This document shows, one piece after another, positions 43,338 to 52,706 of a stretch of DNA of 64,000 bases. The translations under genes and the position numbers were made by a program. Position 1 is the stretch's first letter. Each line of letters starts with the position of its first letter. The stretch comes from Candidatus Omnitrophota bacterium (GTDB taxonomy: Bacteria; Omnitrophota; Omnitrophia; Omnitrophales; Aquincolibacteriaceae). The notes beneath the pieces were generated by a model. The model was not told where the DNA came from. It made no database searches and was given only the letters and a program-made list of their open reading frames with translations. The stretch is from contig JAYTHE010000029.1 in the NCBI GenBank assembly GCA_043732705.1, positions 70,445 through 134,444 of the forward strand. Reading direction: 5' to 3'.

Positions 43338-43451
43338 TATTTGCCTCTGCGTTGTTTTTTAGTCTCTGCGTTTCACGCAACCGACAATAAAAATAACGCA
43401 ATTGGCAAAAACAAATTCCGGTTGCGCTTTGGCGCAGAGGAAAAAGAATAC
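43336..43451. repeat. PE x3 (one half, one inverted, one direct) in atpD-atpC spacer
   Basis: atatttgcctctgcg ; gtctctgcgtttcacgcaaccgac ; tccggttgcgctttggcgcagaggaaaaagaatac. Confidence 0.8.
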
Positions 43452-43453
43452 AG

Positions 43454-43714
43454 ATGAGCTACAACCTACAGATCATTACACCGCAGGGAAAAGTTTACGA
43501 TGCTGAGGTCGAGCATGCACAGGTTCCGGGCGATCCCGGCTCCTTCGGCGTGCTTTCCAATCATGCGGCGCTTATCTCCTCTTCAACGGGCGGCAAGCTG
43601 TCAATCCGCGAAAAAGGCGGCAAAAACAGCTCTTTTACCGTAGGCGCAGGATTTTTTGAAACCCGTAAGAATCAGGCCGTATTTTTGGCCGAATCTTTTG
43701 CGGAACGTACCTAA
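43454..43714 (+). CDS. atpC: F0F1 ATP synthase subunit epsilon, short form (N-terminal beta-sandwich only)
   Basis: 86 aa MSYNLQIITPQGKVYDAEVEHAQVPGDPGSFGVLSNHAAL; lacks C-terminal helical hairpin. Confidence 0.8.
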   Translation: MSYNLQIITPQGKVYDAEVEHAQVPGDPGSFGVLSNHAALISSSTGGKLSIREKGGKNSSFTVGAGFFETRKNQAVFLAESFAERT

Positions 43715-43717
43715 TCA

Positions 43718-44218
43718 ATGAAAGCGCTTTTCTTCTGGCTCTTTTCGGTCATTTCTGTCGTCAGTGCGCTGAGTATTTTATTTGTAAGACGGCCCACACG
43801 CGCTTTGCTCGGCCTTCTGGTTTCCATGCTTTGCTTAAGCGTACTTTATACTTTGCTGCATGCCTATTTCGTTGCCATCGTGCATTTGATTGTCTATGCC
43901 GGTGCGGTCATGGTACTTTTTCTTTTTGTGATCATGCTGCAAGGTTTAGGCGCTACAACACTTCCGCTTCTCGAGAGATTCAATAAAGGTCATTTGATTT
44001 TGACCGTTCTTTCTGGTGCGATATTTGTGACACTTTTAACCGTTATTTTTTCAAACGCCAAGCTGCCTGCCTTACAAAATCCGGAAGGCACGGTAGAAAA
44101 CTTAGGGCACATTTTGTTTTCCAATTATATTCTGCCCTTTGAACTTATTTCCGTTTTGGTTCTTCTGGGTATTTTTGCCGCCGTAACCTTAGCAAAAAAT
44201 GAAAGGGCGGCGGCATGA
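43718..44218 (+). CDS. nuoJ: NADH-quinone oxidoreductase subunit J
   Basis: 166 aa, 5 TM, NuoJ-like N-terminus. Confidence 0.85.
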   Translation: MKALFFWLFSVISVVSALSILFVRRPTRALLGLLVSMLCLSVLYTLLHAYFVAIVHLIVYAGAVMVLFLFVIMLQGLGATTLPLLERFNKGHLILTVLSGAIFVTLLTVIFSNAKLPALQNPEGTVENLGHILFSNYILPFELISVLVLLGIFAAVTLAKNERAAA

Positions 44219-44523
44219 CAACTATCCCTTCTGAATATTATTTAGTCTTGGCCGGCATTCTTTTTTCCATCGGTCTTTTCGGGATTTTACTGCGCCGTAA
44301 CATCCTGATTATTCTTTTGTGTCTGGAACTGATGCTGAATGCCGCAAATCTTGTTTTAGTCACCGCCTCTTCGGTTCATGGCCATACTGACGGCCAAATT
44401 ATGGCCTTTTTTGTGATGGTGATTGCCGCGGTGGAAGTCACTATCGGCCTCGCGATTGCTGTTTTACTTTTTAAAGAAAAAAATACCGTCGACACCGGAG
44501 AGATTACATCTCTCAAAGGTTAA
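44215..44523 (+). CDS. nuoK: NADH-quinone oxidoreductase subunit K
   Basis: 102 aa, LCLELMLNAANL motif. Confidence 0.9.
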   Translation: MTTIPSEYYLVLAGILFSIGLFGILLRRNILIILLCLELMLNAANLVLVTASSVHGHTDGQIMAFFVMVIAAVEVTIGLAIAVLLFKEKNTVDTGEITSLKG

Positions 44524-44615
44524 AACTTAAAAGTCAAAACTCAAAACCTAAAACTTGCTCGAACAACTTTGGGTTCCAAGCTATGGTTTTAAGATTTTAG
44601 ATTTAAATTTTGAGC
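44522..44615. repeat. ~90-bp palindromic MITE-like element (nuoK-nuoL spacer)
   Basis: aaaacttaaaagtcaaaactcaaaacc ... gctatggttttaagattttagatttaaatttt; arms mutually reverse-complementary. Confidence 0.6.
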
Positions 44616-44620
44616 TTATT

Positions 44621-46594
44621 ATGCTGAGTTTATGTTGGACAATTTTGGGATTGCCGCTTGCCGCTTCCGCGGTGATTTCGCTTTTATTAATTCCCGCCGA
44701 AAAGGCCGCTAAAGATAAACATTTTTTCCGCACAGCATCTGCCTTTTTGTCCGTTCTTTCGATGGCAGCCGCATTCGGCTTAAGTCTTTTGCTTCTGCAG
44801 AACTTCCGCAGCATTGAAAACCATAGCGAGGTTTTTGAAACTTCCCTGAATTGGATGACTTTACCGCAATTCCGGATTGAAATCGGTTTGCTTCTCAATA
44901 ATCTTACATTGCTGATGCTTTTAATTGTGACCGGCGTATCTTTACTCGTAGCACTATTCTCCTCCCGGTACATGAAAGGCGAAGAGGGCTATTCCCGTTA
45001 TTTTGCCGCGCTTTCTTTTTTTGCTTTTTCAATGCTCGGAATCGTGCTTTCCAATAATTTGATCCAGATTTTTATTTTTTGGGAATTGGTCGGTGTGGCT
45101 TCTTATCTTTTAATCGGTTTCTGGTTTGAAAAGCCTTCGGCCAGCATCGCATCAAAAAAAGCTTTTCTCGTAACGCGTATCGGTGACGTTGGCATGATGC
45201 TTGGCATTCTGCTTTTGCTCGGGCTATTACTCAAATCCGGCACTGGTACATTTAACTTTCTTGAGTTGGAAACAAGACTGCATCAGTCTGCTTTACCGGC
45301 CGGGCTTTTCACCTTGGCCTGCATTGGTATTTTTTTCGGAGCCGTTGGTAAATCGGCGCAGGTGCCTTTGCATGTTTGGCTGCCGGATGCGATGGAAGGT
45401 CCGACACCGGCCAGTGCATTAATCCACGCCGCGACCATGGTTGCTGCGGGCGTGTTCATGCTTGCCCGTCTTTTCTTTTTATTTGAAATGAGTCCAGTAA
45501 CACTGCAAATCATAGCTTGGACCGGTATTATCACCGCTTTTCTCGCGGCATCCATTGCTGTTGTTCAAAATGACATTAAAAAGGTACTCGCCTACTCCAC
45601 GCTTTCGCAGCTGGGATATATGGTCATGGCCGTCGGCCTTAAAAACCCCGAAGCCGGAATGTTTCATTTAACAACCCACGCTTTTTTCAAAGCCTTGCTC
45701 TTTCTTGGCGCCGGCAGTTTGATCCATGCTCTGCACACGCAGGATATATGGGAGATGTCGGCACTGGTCCGTTCCGACCAAAGTCATTCTGCCTCTGCGT
45801 CTTCGACGCAACCGGCACATCGCAGCTGGCTAAAAACTATTCCTATCACAGGTCTTACTTTTCTAATCGGAACTGCCGCGCTTGCAGGGCTTCCTTTTAC
45901 GAGCGGTTTTTTCAGCAAAGAAGAAATTCTCGGTGCGGCTTCGACCGGTCCCCGCATTGTTTTTGGAATGGCACTTGCGGTTGTTTTTCTGACAGCTTTC
46001 TACATGGGCCGCGCTGTTACAATTATCTTCTGGAGCTCCGCTCCAACCAGACACCCTCAAAAACATGTGGAAATACATGAAGATAATTGGATGATTACTG
46101 TTCCGCTGCTTATCCTCGCTGTTTTTTCTTTAATTGCCGGCTATTTACCTTTCAAATCATTTTTAGAGAATCAAACAGCGCATGCTGAAATTCATCCGCA
46201 GTGGCTGGCTGCGGCTTCAGTCACCCTTGCTTGCTGCGGACTTTTACTCAGTTTTGTTCTTTACCGCCGGTCTTCTTCGCCTCTGAGCCAAGGGCTCAAC
46301 CGGAAAAACCTCCTAACTCAACTCGTCACATTTCTTAAAGAAAAATATTATTTCGATAAATTCTATGACTGGTTCATCATTCATGTTCAGGAAAATATCG
46401 CGCGTGCCGCGGACAACTTCGAACGTGTCGTGCTTGAACGCGGCGGCAATCAAGGTTTGGCGGGTTTAACGCAATTTCTGGGAAATACAGCGCGTAAATT
46501 ACAAAACGGCTGGATCCAAAGCTATGCTCTTGTTTTCGCAATCGGCTTTATTGCATTGGTTGCTTATCTTGTATTTTGCGGAGCAAAGTTATGA
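44621..46594 (+). CDS. nuoL: NADH-quinone oxidoreductase subunit L
   Basis: WLPDAMEGPTPASALIHAATMVAAG motif; start moved to ATG 44621 after the MITE-like spacer element. Confidence 0.9.
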   Translation: MLSLCWTILGLPLAASAVISLLLIPAEKAAKDKHFFRTASAFLSVLSMAAAFGLSLLLLQNFRSIENHSEVFETSLNWMTLPQFRIEIGLLLNNLTLLMLLIVTGVSLLVALFSSRYMKGEEGYSRYFAALSFFAFSMLGIVLSNNLIQIFIFWELVGVASYLLIGFWFEKPSASIASKKAFLVTRIGDVGMMLGILLLLGLLLKSGTGTFNFLELETRLHQSALPAGLFTLACIGIFFGAVGKSAQVPLHVWLPDAMEGPTPASALIHAATMVAAGVFMLARLFFLFEMSPVTLQIIAWTGIITAFLAASIAVVQNDIKKVLAYSTLSQLGYMVMAVGLKNPEAGMFHLTTHAFFKALLFLGAGSLIHALHTQDIWEMSALVRSDQSHSASASSTQPAHRSWLKTIPITGLTFLIGTAALAGLPFTSGFFSKEEILGAASTGPRIVFGMALAVVFLTAFYMGRAVTIIFWSSAPTRHPQKHVEIHEDNWMITVPLLILAVFSLIAGYLPFKSFLENQTAHAEIHPQWLAAASVTLACCGLLLSFVLYRRSSSPLSQGLNRKNLLTQLVTFLKEKYYFDKFYDWFIIHVQENIARAADNFERVVLERGGNQGLAGLTQFLGNTARKLQNGWIQSYALVFAIGFIALVAYLVFCGAKL

Positions 46595-46613
46595 CACTGC
46601 ACGGGACACATTT

Positions 46614-48071
46614 ATGATTGCGGCATTACCTTTCATTCCTTATTTAGCAGCATTGGCAATTCTTTGCGTTCCGGCTGCAAAGGAAAAACTTTTACGCTGG
46701 CTTACGATCGGTGCAACCGGTGCTTGTTTGCTGATCACGCTGGTTTTAACGCAGCATTTTGACCGTACACTTCCAGGCTTTCAATTTGTTCATTCCTGGG
46801 ATTGCTTTGCAGAAATGGGCATCCGTTATCAGGTCGGACTTGACGGTATTAATCTTATTTTCTGCCTGTTGCTGGCCATTGTCGCTTTTGCCGGTGCTTT
46901 TATTGCTGTCAAAACAAAAAATCGCCTGAAAGAATATCTTTTTTATTATTTGATCTTAACGGGCAGCATGTTTGCCGTTTTTACAGTATTGAATGTTTTC
47001 TTCTTATATGTCTTTTATGAAATGACTTTGATCCCGGTTTTTGCAATGTTAGGAATCGCAGGTCATCCGGCGCTGAAAGAAAAAGGCGCGATGCATCTTG
47101 CGCTTTATATGATGGCCGGCGCAGTGATCGGCCTTTTCGCAATATTTAACTTATACGATATTCTCGGCCCGGCCTTCATGGACCTAACCCAGGCCAAGGC
47201 AGTTGCACTTTCTAATGCGCCATTATTAACGCCCGATGTTCAGAAGTGGCTCGCCGCGCTTTTGATTGTCGGTTTCGGCATCATGACTTCACTTTGGCCG
47301 CTTCATAACTGGTCGCCTTCCGCTTATGCCGCTGCGCCATCGTCTTTGTCCATGCTGCATGCCGGAGTAAAAATTGGTCCATATTTTCTGCTGCGCATTG
47401 CAATCGCTTATTTGCCGGCCGGCTTTCAGTTTTGGGCGCCTTCTTTAGCCGTTCTCGCGACCATCGGCGTAATCTACGGCGGTTTTGCAGCCATTCGCCA
47501 AAAGAGCTTGAATACGATGGCGGCTTTTTCAAGTGTCAGCCACATAGGCTATGTTTTGCTCGCTTTAGCGGCCCTCAATCTGACTTCATTATCCGCAGGA
47601 ATCCTGCTTATTTTTGGCCACGGGATCATGACCGCTTGTCTGTTCGGTTTGATCGGGCATTTAACCGCACAAGCCCATACGGACGGTATTCACGAATTCG
47701 GCGGACTCGGCAAATCACTCCCTTTCTTTTCTGTCTGTTTTATGCTGACCTCGCTGGCGTCATCGGGAATTCCGGGCTTTGCTAATTTTCCTGCGGAACT
47801 TTTAGTTTTTCTGAGCTCCTGGAAAAATTTTTCGGCCGCGGTTATTTTTGGAGTTTTTGGAGTTTTGATCACAGCGATTTATATGATCCGTGCGGTTCAG
47901 GCGCTTTGCTTCGGTACGGAAAGCAACCGCTCAAAAAACTTAACAGACATGACAACACTCTTTGATAAAACACCTTTTCTGATTTTATTGGCCGTGCTTT
48001 GCTTTTTCGGATTTTTTCCAAGCGCGCTCTTATCGATTATTCAACCGGCAGTCACAAGGCTTTTATCATGA
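46614..48071 (+). CDS. nuoM: NADH-quinone oxidoreductase subunit M
   Basis: antiporter-like; start MIAALPFIPYL. Confidence 0.9.
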   Translation: MIAALPFIPYLAALAILCVPAAKEKLLRWLTIGATGACLLITLVLTQHFDRTLPGFQFVHSWDCFAEMGIRYQVGLDGINLIFCLLLAIVAFAGAFIAVKTKNRLKEYLFYYLILTGSMFAVFTVLNVFFLYVFYEMTLIPVFAMLGIAGHPALKEKGAMHLALYMMAGAVIGLFAIFNLYDILGPAFMDLTQAKAVALSNAPLLTPDVQKWLAALLIVGFGIMTSLWPLHNWSPSAYAAAPSSLSMLHAGVKIGPYFLLRIAIAYLPAGFQFWAPSLAVLATIGVIYGGFAAIRQKSLNTMAAFSSVSHIGYVLLALAALNLTSLSAGILLIFGHGIMTACLFGLIGHLTAQAHTDGIHEFGGLGKSLPFFSVCFMLTSLASSGIPGFANFPAELLVFLSSWKNFSAAVIFGVFGVLITAIYMIRAVQALCFGTESNRSKNLTDMTTLFDKTPFLILLAVLCFFGFFPSALLSIIQPAVTRLLS

Positions 48072-49489
48072 GCAGCTTAGGCCTTTCTCATTTTATTCCG
48101 GATTTAATCAGCGTCGGACTGCTGGCTTATTTCCTGACTGAAGCCATCATCACGGGACAAAAAGACCACCGTTCTATTTTCAATCCTTTGGCCGTAGGAA
48201 CCGTAATTCTCGGCGCCGCGCTTTTCTTTTTCGGACGTAATACCGGCACGGGCTTCGGCGGAATGGTTTCAAACGATCTTTTTGCGCTTTATTTTAAAAC
48301 TTTCTTTACGCTGGTCTTTTTCGTGATTGTTTTCATATGCCGTGATTTCTTCAAGGATTCGGCCGCCAAACAGCAAGAATTCGGATTAATTCTCTGGTGC
48401 CCGTTGATCGGCCTTTATTTTCTCGCTTCCGCTTCCCATTTCTTGATGCTTTTCATAGCGCTTGAAATATTGACCATGGCTATTTACCTGCTTGCCGCTT
48501 ACAGCCGGCGGACGATTTCAGTTGAAGCAGGCCTTAAATATTTAATGATGGGATCAATCGCTTCGGGTTTTACGATTTTCGGAATCGCATTGCTTTATAT
48601 GCAAACCGGCACACTTTCATTCGCGGAAATCGCAGCCGTAAAACAAACTTTATTCGCCAGCCGCCTAGGTTTGCTGGCGCTGCTTTTTATTTTTGCGGGA
48701 TTGGGATTTAAAGCGGCAACCTTTCCTTTTCAGCTTTGGGTTCCGGACGTTTATCAAGGTTCGCCGGCGCCCGTTTCCGCACTCATGTCGGTTGCTTCCA
48801 AAGCCGCGGGATTTTTGCTGATCATTCGTTTTTTTGGCATGACAGTCGGGCCATTGAATGCGCATTGGAAAATGGCTTTGTCCGTGTTGTCTCTTTTTAC
48901 TTTGCTCTACGGTAATTTGGGTGCTTTGGCACAAACGAGCTTTAAGCGCCTCATGGGCTATTCCAGCATCGGCCATGCGGGTTATTTGATGCTTGCCATT
49001 GCCTCAGGCACAGCTTCAAGCACAGCGGCCATCTTGTATTACTTCACGGGTTACGCAGCAAGTACTTTGGCTGTTTTTTATGCCATTACCTTGGTTGAAA
49101 AAGCAATAGGCTCGGATTCAACCGAAAATTTTGAGGGCCTTTCAAAAACATCGCCTTTCCTTTCCGCTGTCCTTTTTATTGCACTTTTATCTTTAGCCGG
49201 TGTTCCACCGCTTGCAGGCTTTATGGGGAAATTCTGGATTCTCTTTTTAGGACTACAGGCAGGTTTAGGATGGCTTGTGTCGGCCGGACTGGTAATGGTT
49301 GTGGTAGGGCTCTATTATTATCTTTCGATCGCAATCAAAATGATTTTTCGCGAACCGAAACTTAAGGCGGAAATTCAAATTTCAATTTCAGCTAAATTAA
49401 TTCTTTGTGTTTTAACCCTTCTCTCGCTCAGCATGGGATTGTTGCAGGCGCCGCTAATTCGAATCGCCGCGGCCGCCATCGGCCGATAA
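48068..49489 (+). CDS. nuoN: NADH-quinone oxidoreductase subunit N
   Basis: antiporter-like; ATGA overlap with nuoM. Confidence 0.85.
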   Translation: MSSLGLSHFIPDLISVGLLAYFLTEAIITGQKDHRSIFNPLAVGTVILGAALFFFGRNTGTGFGGMVSNDLFALYFKTFFTLVFFVIVFICRDFFKDSAAKQQEFGLILWCPLIGLYFLASASHFLMLFIALEILTMAIYLLAAYSRRTISVEAGLKYLMMGSIASGFTIFGIALLYMQTGTLSFAEIAAVKQTLFASRLGLLALLFIFAGLGFKAATFPFQLWVPDVYQGSPAPVSALMSVASKAAGFLLIIRFFGMTVGPLNAHWKMALSVLSLFTLLYGNLGALAQTSFKRLMGYSSIGHAGYLMLAIASGTASSTAAILYYFTGYAASTLAVFYAITLVEKAIGSDSTENFEGLSKTSPFLSAVLFIALLSLAGVPPLAGFMGKFWILFLGLQAGLGWLVSAGLVMVVVGLYYYLSIAIKMIFREPKLKAEIQISISAKLILCVLTLLSLSMGLLQAPLIRIAAAAIGR

Positions 49490-49494
49490 TTTTC

Positions 49495-49872
49495 TCAAGC
49501 GTTACCGCGCGGCTTCCAAAACTGCGCCTGTGAAATTACGCCTTCGGCATGAAGCGCCTCGATTAATTCATTGCCTGTTTTTGGCAGTGCAATTACGCGT
49601 CCATTTTTAAAAAGAATCATGGCCGTTTCGGCGTATAAAAAATTACCGAGGCGGTATTCCCAAAGCTCATACGAATTGGGGCCATATGGCATCATCGAAA
49701 CAATATGCGGCGGGCCTTCTAAAGTATATTGAACCTGCTCGGGAGTATTGCCGATTTGAATACTGCGCATGCGGTCAAAAACATAGGCGCGCGTCGTGGC
49801 ATCAGGAATCATCGTGCAGCCTGAAAAAATGAAGTTTCCCAATAAAATTAACAATATAAATTTATTTTTCAT
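49495..49872 (-). CDS. putative lipoprotein
   Basis: MKNKFILLILLGNFIFSGC lipobox. Confidence 0.5.
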   Translation of the reverse strand: MKNKFILLILLGNFIFSGCTMIPDATTRAYVFDRMRSIQIGNTPEQVQYTLEGPPHIVSMMPYGPNSYELWEYRLGNFLYAETAMILFKNGRVIALPKTGNELIEALHAEGVISQAQFWKPRGNA

Positions 49873-50255
49873 GAAATAAGGCTGGAAACAATCAGCATAA
49901 AAATACCCGCCGCGGCCCCGCAACCCAAAATAATCGCGAAAATAATGCGTCGATCCCAAATATAAATAAAGGCCCGGCGCCAATGCAAATAAGAAATGTA
50001 AAAAAAAATAAACTTAGCGGCACTTAATGTCAGAATTCCCGCCGCAAGAAAAGATACGGGATGCGCGGCCTGATAAAAACAAGCCCAGGCCAAGAGCGCC
50101 AAGGTCATGTAAGCCCAGCAAATCAAACCTAACCAAATCGGCCGTTCCTCCGGGAAAACTTTTTCGCCAATAGTTCTCCCCAACAAACAAAAGCCTATGA
50201 CAGACCAGCTCAGTGTAATTAAACCCGCAATGAAAGTTAATAAAGACAATGTCAT
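49869..50255 (-). CDS. hypothetical 4-TM membrane protein
   Basis: 128-aa hydrophobic ORF, 4-nt overlap with downstream lipoprotein gene. Confidence 0.45.
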   Translation of the reverse strand: MTLSLLTFIAGLITLSWSVIGFCLLGRTIGEKVFPEERPIWLGLICWAYMTLALLAWACFYQAAHPVSFLAAGILTLSAAKFIFFYISYLHWRRAFIYIWDRRIIFAIILGCGAAAGIFMLIVSSLIS

Positions 50256-50326
50256 GCTATTTTAACTATTTGCTGAAATAAAAAAGGGGGATGGGTTAAA
50301 ACCCATCCCCCATTCTTTCAATTGAG

Positions 50327-50797
50327 TTAGGATTGTGCCGGGGCCACAGTTGTCAAGGCATCTGCGCTCGCGGAACTATCCGCGGCAGTCGCAGCGGCGT
50401 TTTCGGCAGCAGCAGCCGCATCTTTTTCAGCGGATTGTGTTTGTTCCGCGCTTGCTTTTTTAGCCGCATGTCGTTTCTTGGCATGTTTTTTCGTATGTTT
50501 TTTAGCTTTTCGCTTAGCAGCCGTCTTTTTCTTGCTTTTGCTCTTTTTAGGCTTTTTAGCTTCCGTCGTTGTAGTTGTCGTCGTCGCATTCGCTGTTGTC
50601 ACAGCAGGAGTCGTGGTCGTTGTTGTAGTCGTCGCGTCTGCGGCCGGAGCTGCATAAGGGTCATTTGAGTCTGCCGCAACAGTTGTTGTCGCTACCGCGG
50701 GCGCTGCAGCTGCATCCTCAGCAACCACGGGTGCCGGGACAGTCATAATAAGAACCCCAAAAATAACCGCTAAATTTTTCAAGAACTCGCTCTTCAT
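50327..50797 (-). CDS. secreted low-complexity Thr/Ala/Lys-rich protein
   Basis: signal peptide, poly-Thr runs, Lys-rich middle. Confidence 0.5.
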   Translation of the reverse strand: MKSEFLKNLAVIFGVLIMTVPAPVVAEDAAAAPAVATTTVAADSNDPYAAPAADATTTTTTTTPAVTTANATTTTTTTEAKKPKKSKSKKKTAAKRKAKKHTKKHAKKRHAAKKASAEQTQSAEKDAAAAAENAAATAADSSASADALTTVAPAQS

Positions 50798-50989
50798 AAT
50801 CTCTCCTGTTTGAATTAGTAATAGTGCGGGTTGAACGAAACGCCAAGCCTCGTCATTTCAGTTCTAACGAAGTGCTAGGCCACATCCGATTTATTTTGAG
50901 ATGTGGCACAGCACAGCGTATTATTTTGAAATAATGAACTCATTATTTCAATTTCAACGAAGCGCTAGTATAAAGATTCAGGCCAGAAA

Positions 50990-51223
50990 TTAAAGATTTT
51001 TTTCAATTTTTTTGCCGTTTTTAAGTCTTTTCCAGCCCTCGATAAGCAGCGAAACGGCAATCAAAAAAGTCCCTAAAAAGCCGGTTAAGGCAAATAACAA
51101 AGTCTTTTGGGATCCGCACCAAAAAGCGGCCGCCAACAATAAAACCGCCGGTACGGCATACCTGCATATATATTGTGAAAAAGTCACTTTTGCGACTGAA
51201 GCGCATGCCGGCAATGCGGGCAT
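50990..51223 (-). CDS. small 2-TM membrane ORF (overlaps upstream ORF; possibly frameshifted continuation)
   Basis: hydrophobic 77-aa ORF. Confidence 0.3.
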   Translation of the reverse strand: MPALPACASVAKVTFSQYICRYAVPAVLLLAAAFWCGSQKTLLFALTGFLGTFLIAVSLLIEGWKRLKNGKKIEKNL

Positions 51224-51558
51224 TCAAGCATCACCTTCAGAACGGGAATACTGCAGCGCGGGCAGCGACGATGCCCCTCGGGCGCAGGGCCATAATGCCA
51301 CCAAATCCACTTTACCAAGGCCGAAAGCAATCCAGCCATGAGAACTCCCAGGATGATCAGTTTCCAGATATTAAGCAATTCCGGATTAAGCTCAAAGTGA
51401 AAGATTTTTTTTACGAGCATGGGCATGAACCAAGCCCATGCCGCAACAACAAGCCACTTGATCACACGTAAAAGCGGCCGCGTGCTTAAATCAATCCACC
51501 CTGCCGCATCCGCGACAAGCAGCATCAGTCCCGCAACTAAAAAAGGCATCCACAGCAT
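51184..51558 (-). CDS. membrane protein with C-terminal Cys4 zinc ribbon
   Basis: CPRC...CPHC motif after 3 TM helices. Confidence 0.45.
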   Translation of the reverse strand: MLWMPFLVAGLMLLVADAAGWIDLSTRPLLRVIKWLVVAAWAWFMPMLVKKIFHFELNPELLNIWKLIILGVLMAGLLSALVKWIWWHYGPAPEGHRRCPRCSIPVLKVMLECPHCRHALQSQK

Positions 51559-51571
51559 AAAAACCTCATCT

Positions 51572-51670
51572 CAAAGGTTAAAAGTAAAATCTGAAAATAT
51601 AACTTAAAGGCCAAAATTATCCGGACAGTTTTTATTTTTGGGCTATGGTTTTAATCTTTAAGATTTAACC
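51572..51670. repeat. left ~100-bp inverted repeat flanking EVE gene (MITE-like family)
   Basis: ...ataacttaaaggccaaaattatccggacagtttttatttttgggctatggttttaatctttaagatttaacc. Confidence 0.7.
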
Positions 51671-52119
51671 TCTAACCTAGTAATAATTTGCCAATGTTTT
51701 TCGGAAACAGGCTGTACAGAAAGCCGGCTGCCTTTTTGTAAAAGCAGCATTCCCTCAAGCCCTGTCATTTTTTTAAGCTCTTCCAAAGATAAAAAACGTT
51801 TAAATTTTTTTACGAAATTTAGATCCACAAGATACCAAGTCGGATTTTCTTTTTTACTTTTGGGATCATAATGCACATCTTTTTTATCAAACGCCGTGGG
51901 GTCAGGATAAGGTTTCCCCGCGACTTTGGCAATGCCGGCAATACCTGATGGCTCAGCATTTGAATAATAAAAGAAAACAAGATCCCCTGGTTTCATTTGA
52001 TCGCGCATAAAATTACGCGCTTGATAATTGCGCACGCCGTCCCACATCGTTTTACCGTCACGGGCAAGATCCTCTATGGAATATACATCCGGCTCGGACT
52101 TCATCAGCCAATAATTCAT
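51658..52119 (-). CDS. EVE (PUA-like) domain protein
   Basis: MNYWLMKSEPDVYSIEDL...WDGVRNYQARNFMR typical EVE N-terminus; flanked by ~105-bp inverted repeats. Confidence 0.8.
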   Translation of the reverse strand: MNYWLMKSEPDVYSIEDLARDGKTMWDGVRNYQARNFMRDQMKPGDLVFFYYSNAEPSGIAGIAKVAGKPYPDPTAFDKKDVHYDPKSKKENPTWYLVDLNFVKKFKRFLSLEELKKMTGLEGMLLLQKGSRLSVQPVSEKHWQIITRLEVKS

Positions 52120-52123
52120 AACA

Positions 52124-52235
52124 ACTTAAAGGTTAAAGCTCAAAAGTCAAAACCATAGCCCGAAACTAAAAACTGTCCGGATAGTTTTGGCCTTTAAGTT
52201 ATAGTTTTAAGCTTTTACCTTTAACTTTTAACCTT
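52124..52235. repeat. right ~105-bp inverted repeat flanking EVE gene
   Basis: reverse complement ~85% identical to 51572-51670, 40-bp core with one mismatch. Confidence 0.7.
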
Positions 52236-52599
52236 TCTTAATTGCCCCTAAAATAAAAAATATCCATCCCGTCATCAAAAGTAGCCCGCCAATTGGCGTA
52301 ACAGCACCAAAGCCGCGAATACCCGTTAGCGCTAATATATAGAGACTGCCCGAAAAAACAATAACCCCAGCCGTAAAACAAGTTCCCGCACGAGAAATAA
52401 GTTTCGAATCGAAAACAGAAACAGCCCAAGAAGCGGCAAGCAGGGCAAAAGCATGATAAGTCTGATAACGCACGCCGGTTTCAAAAATGAGGAGCATTTC
52501 AGAGGACAAATGTTGTTTTAGGGCATGGGCGCCAAAGGCTCCCAACAGAACGCTTAAAAACCCAAACACTGTGCCTGTAATAAACAACATTTTTTGCAT
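52228..52599 (-). CDS. DUF423-family small membrane protein
   Basis: GAFGAHAL motif, 4 TM. Confidence 0.6.
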   Translation of the reverse strand: MQKMLFITGTVFGFLSVLLGAFGAHALKQHLSSEMLLIFETGVRYQTYHAFALLAASWAVSVFDSKLISRAGTCFTAGVIVFSGSLYILALTGIRGFGAVTPIGGLLLMTGWIFFILGAIKKG

Positions 52600-52706
52600 G
52601 GAAGCATTATACAGAAAATATGGAAACCCTGATAGACGACAGCTCCATTTTTGGTTTAAAATATTCGAGATCGTTTTAACCATCTTTTCATCGAGGGAGA
52701 TTCATA

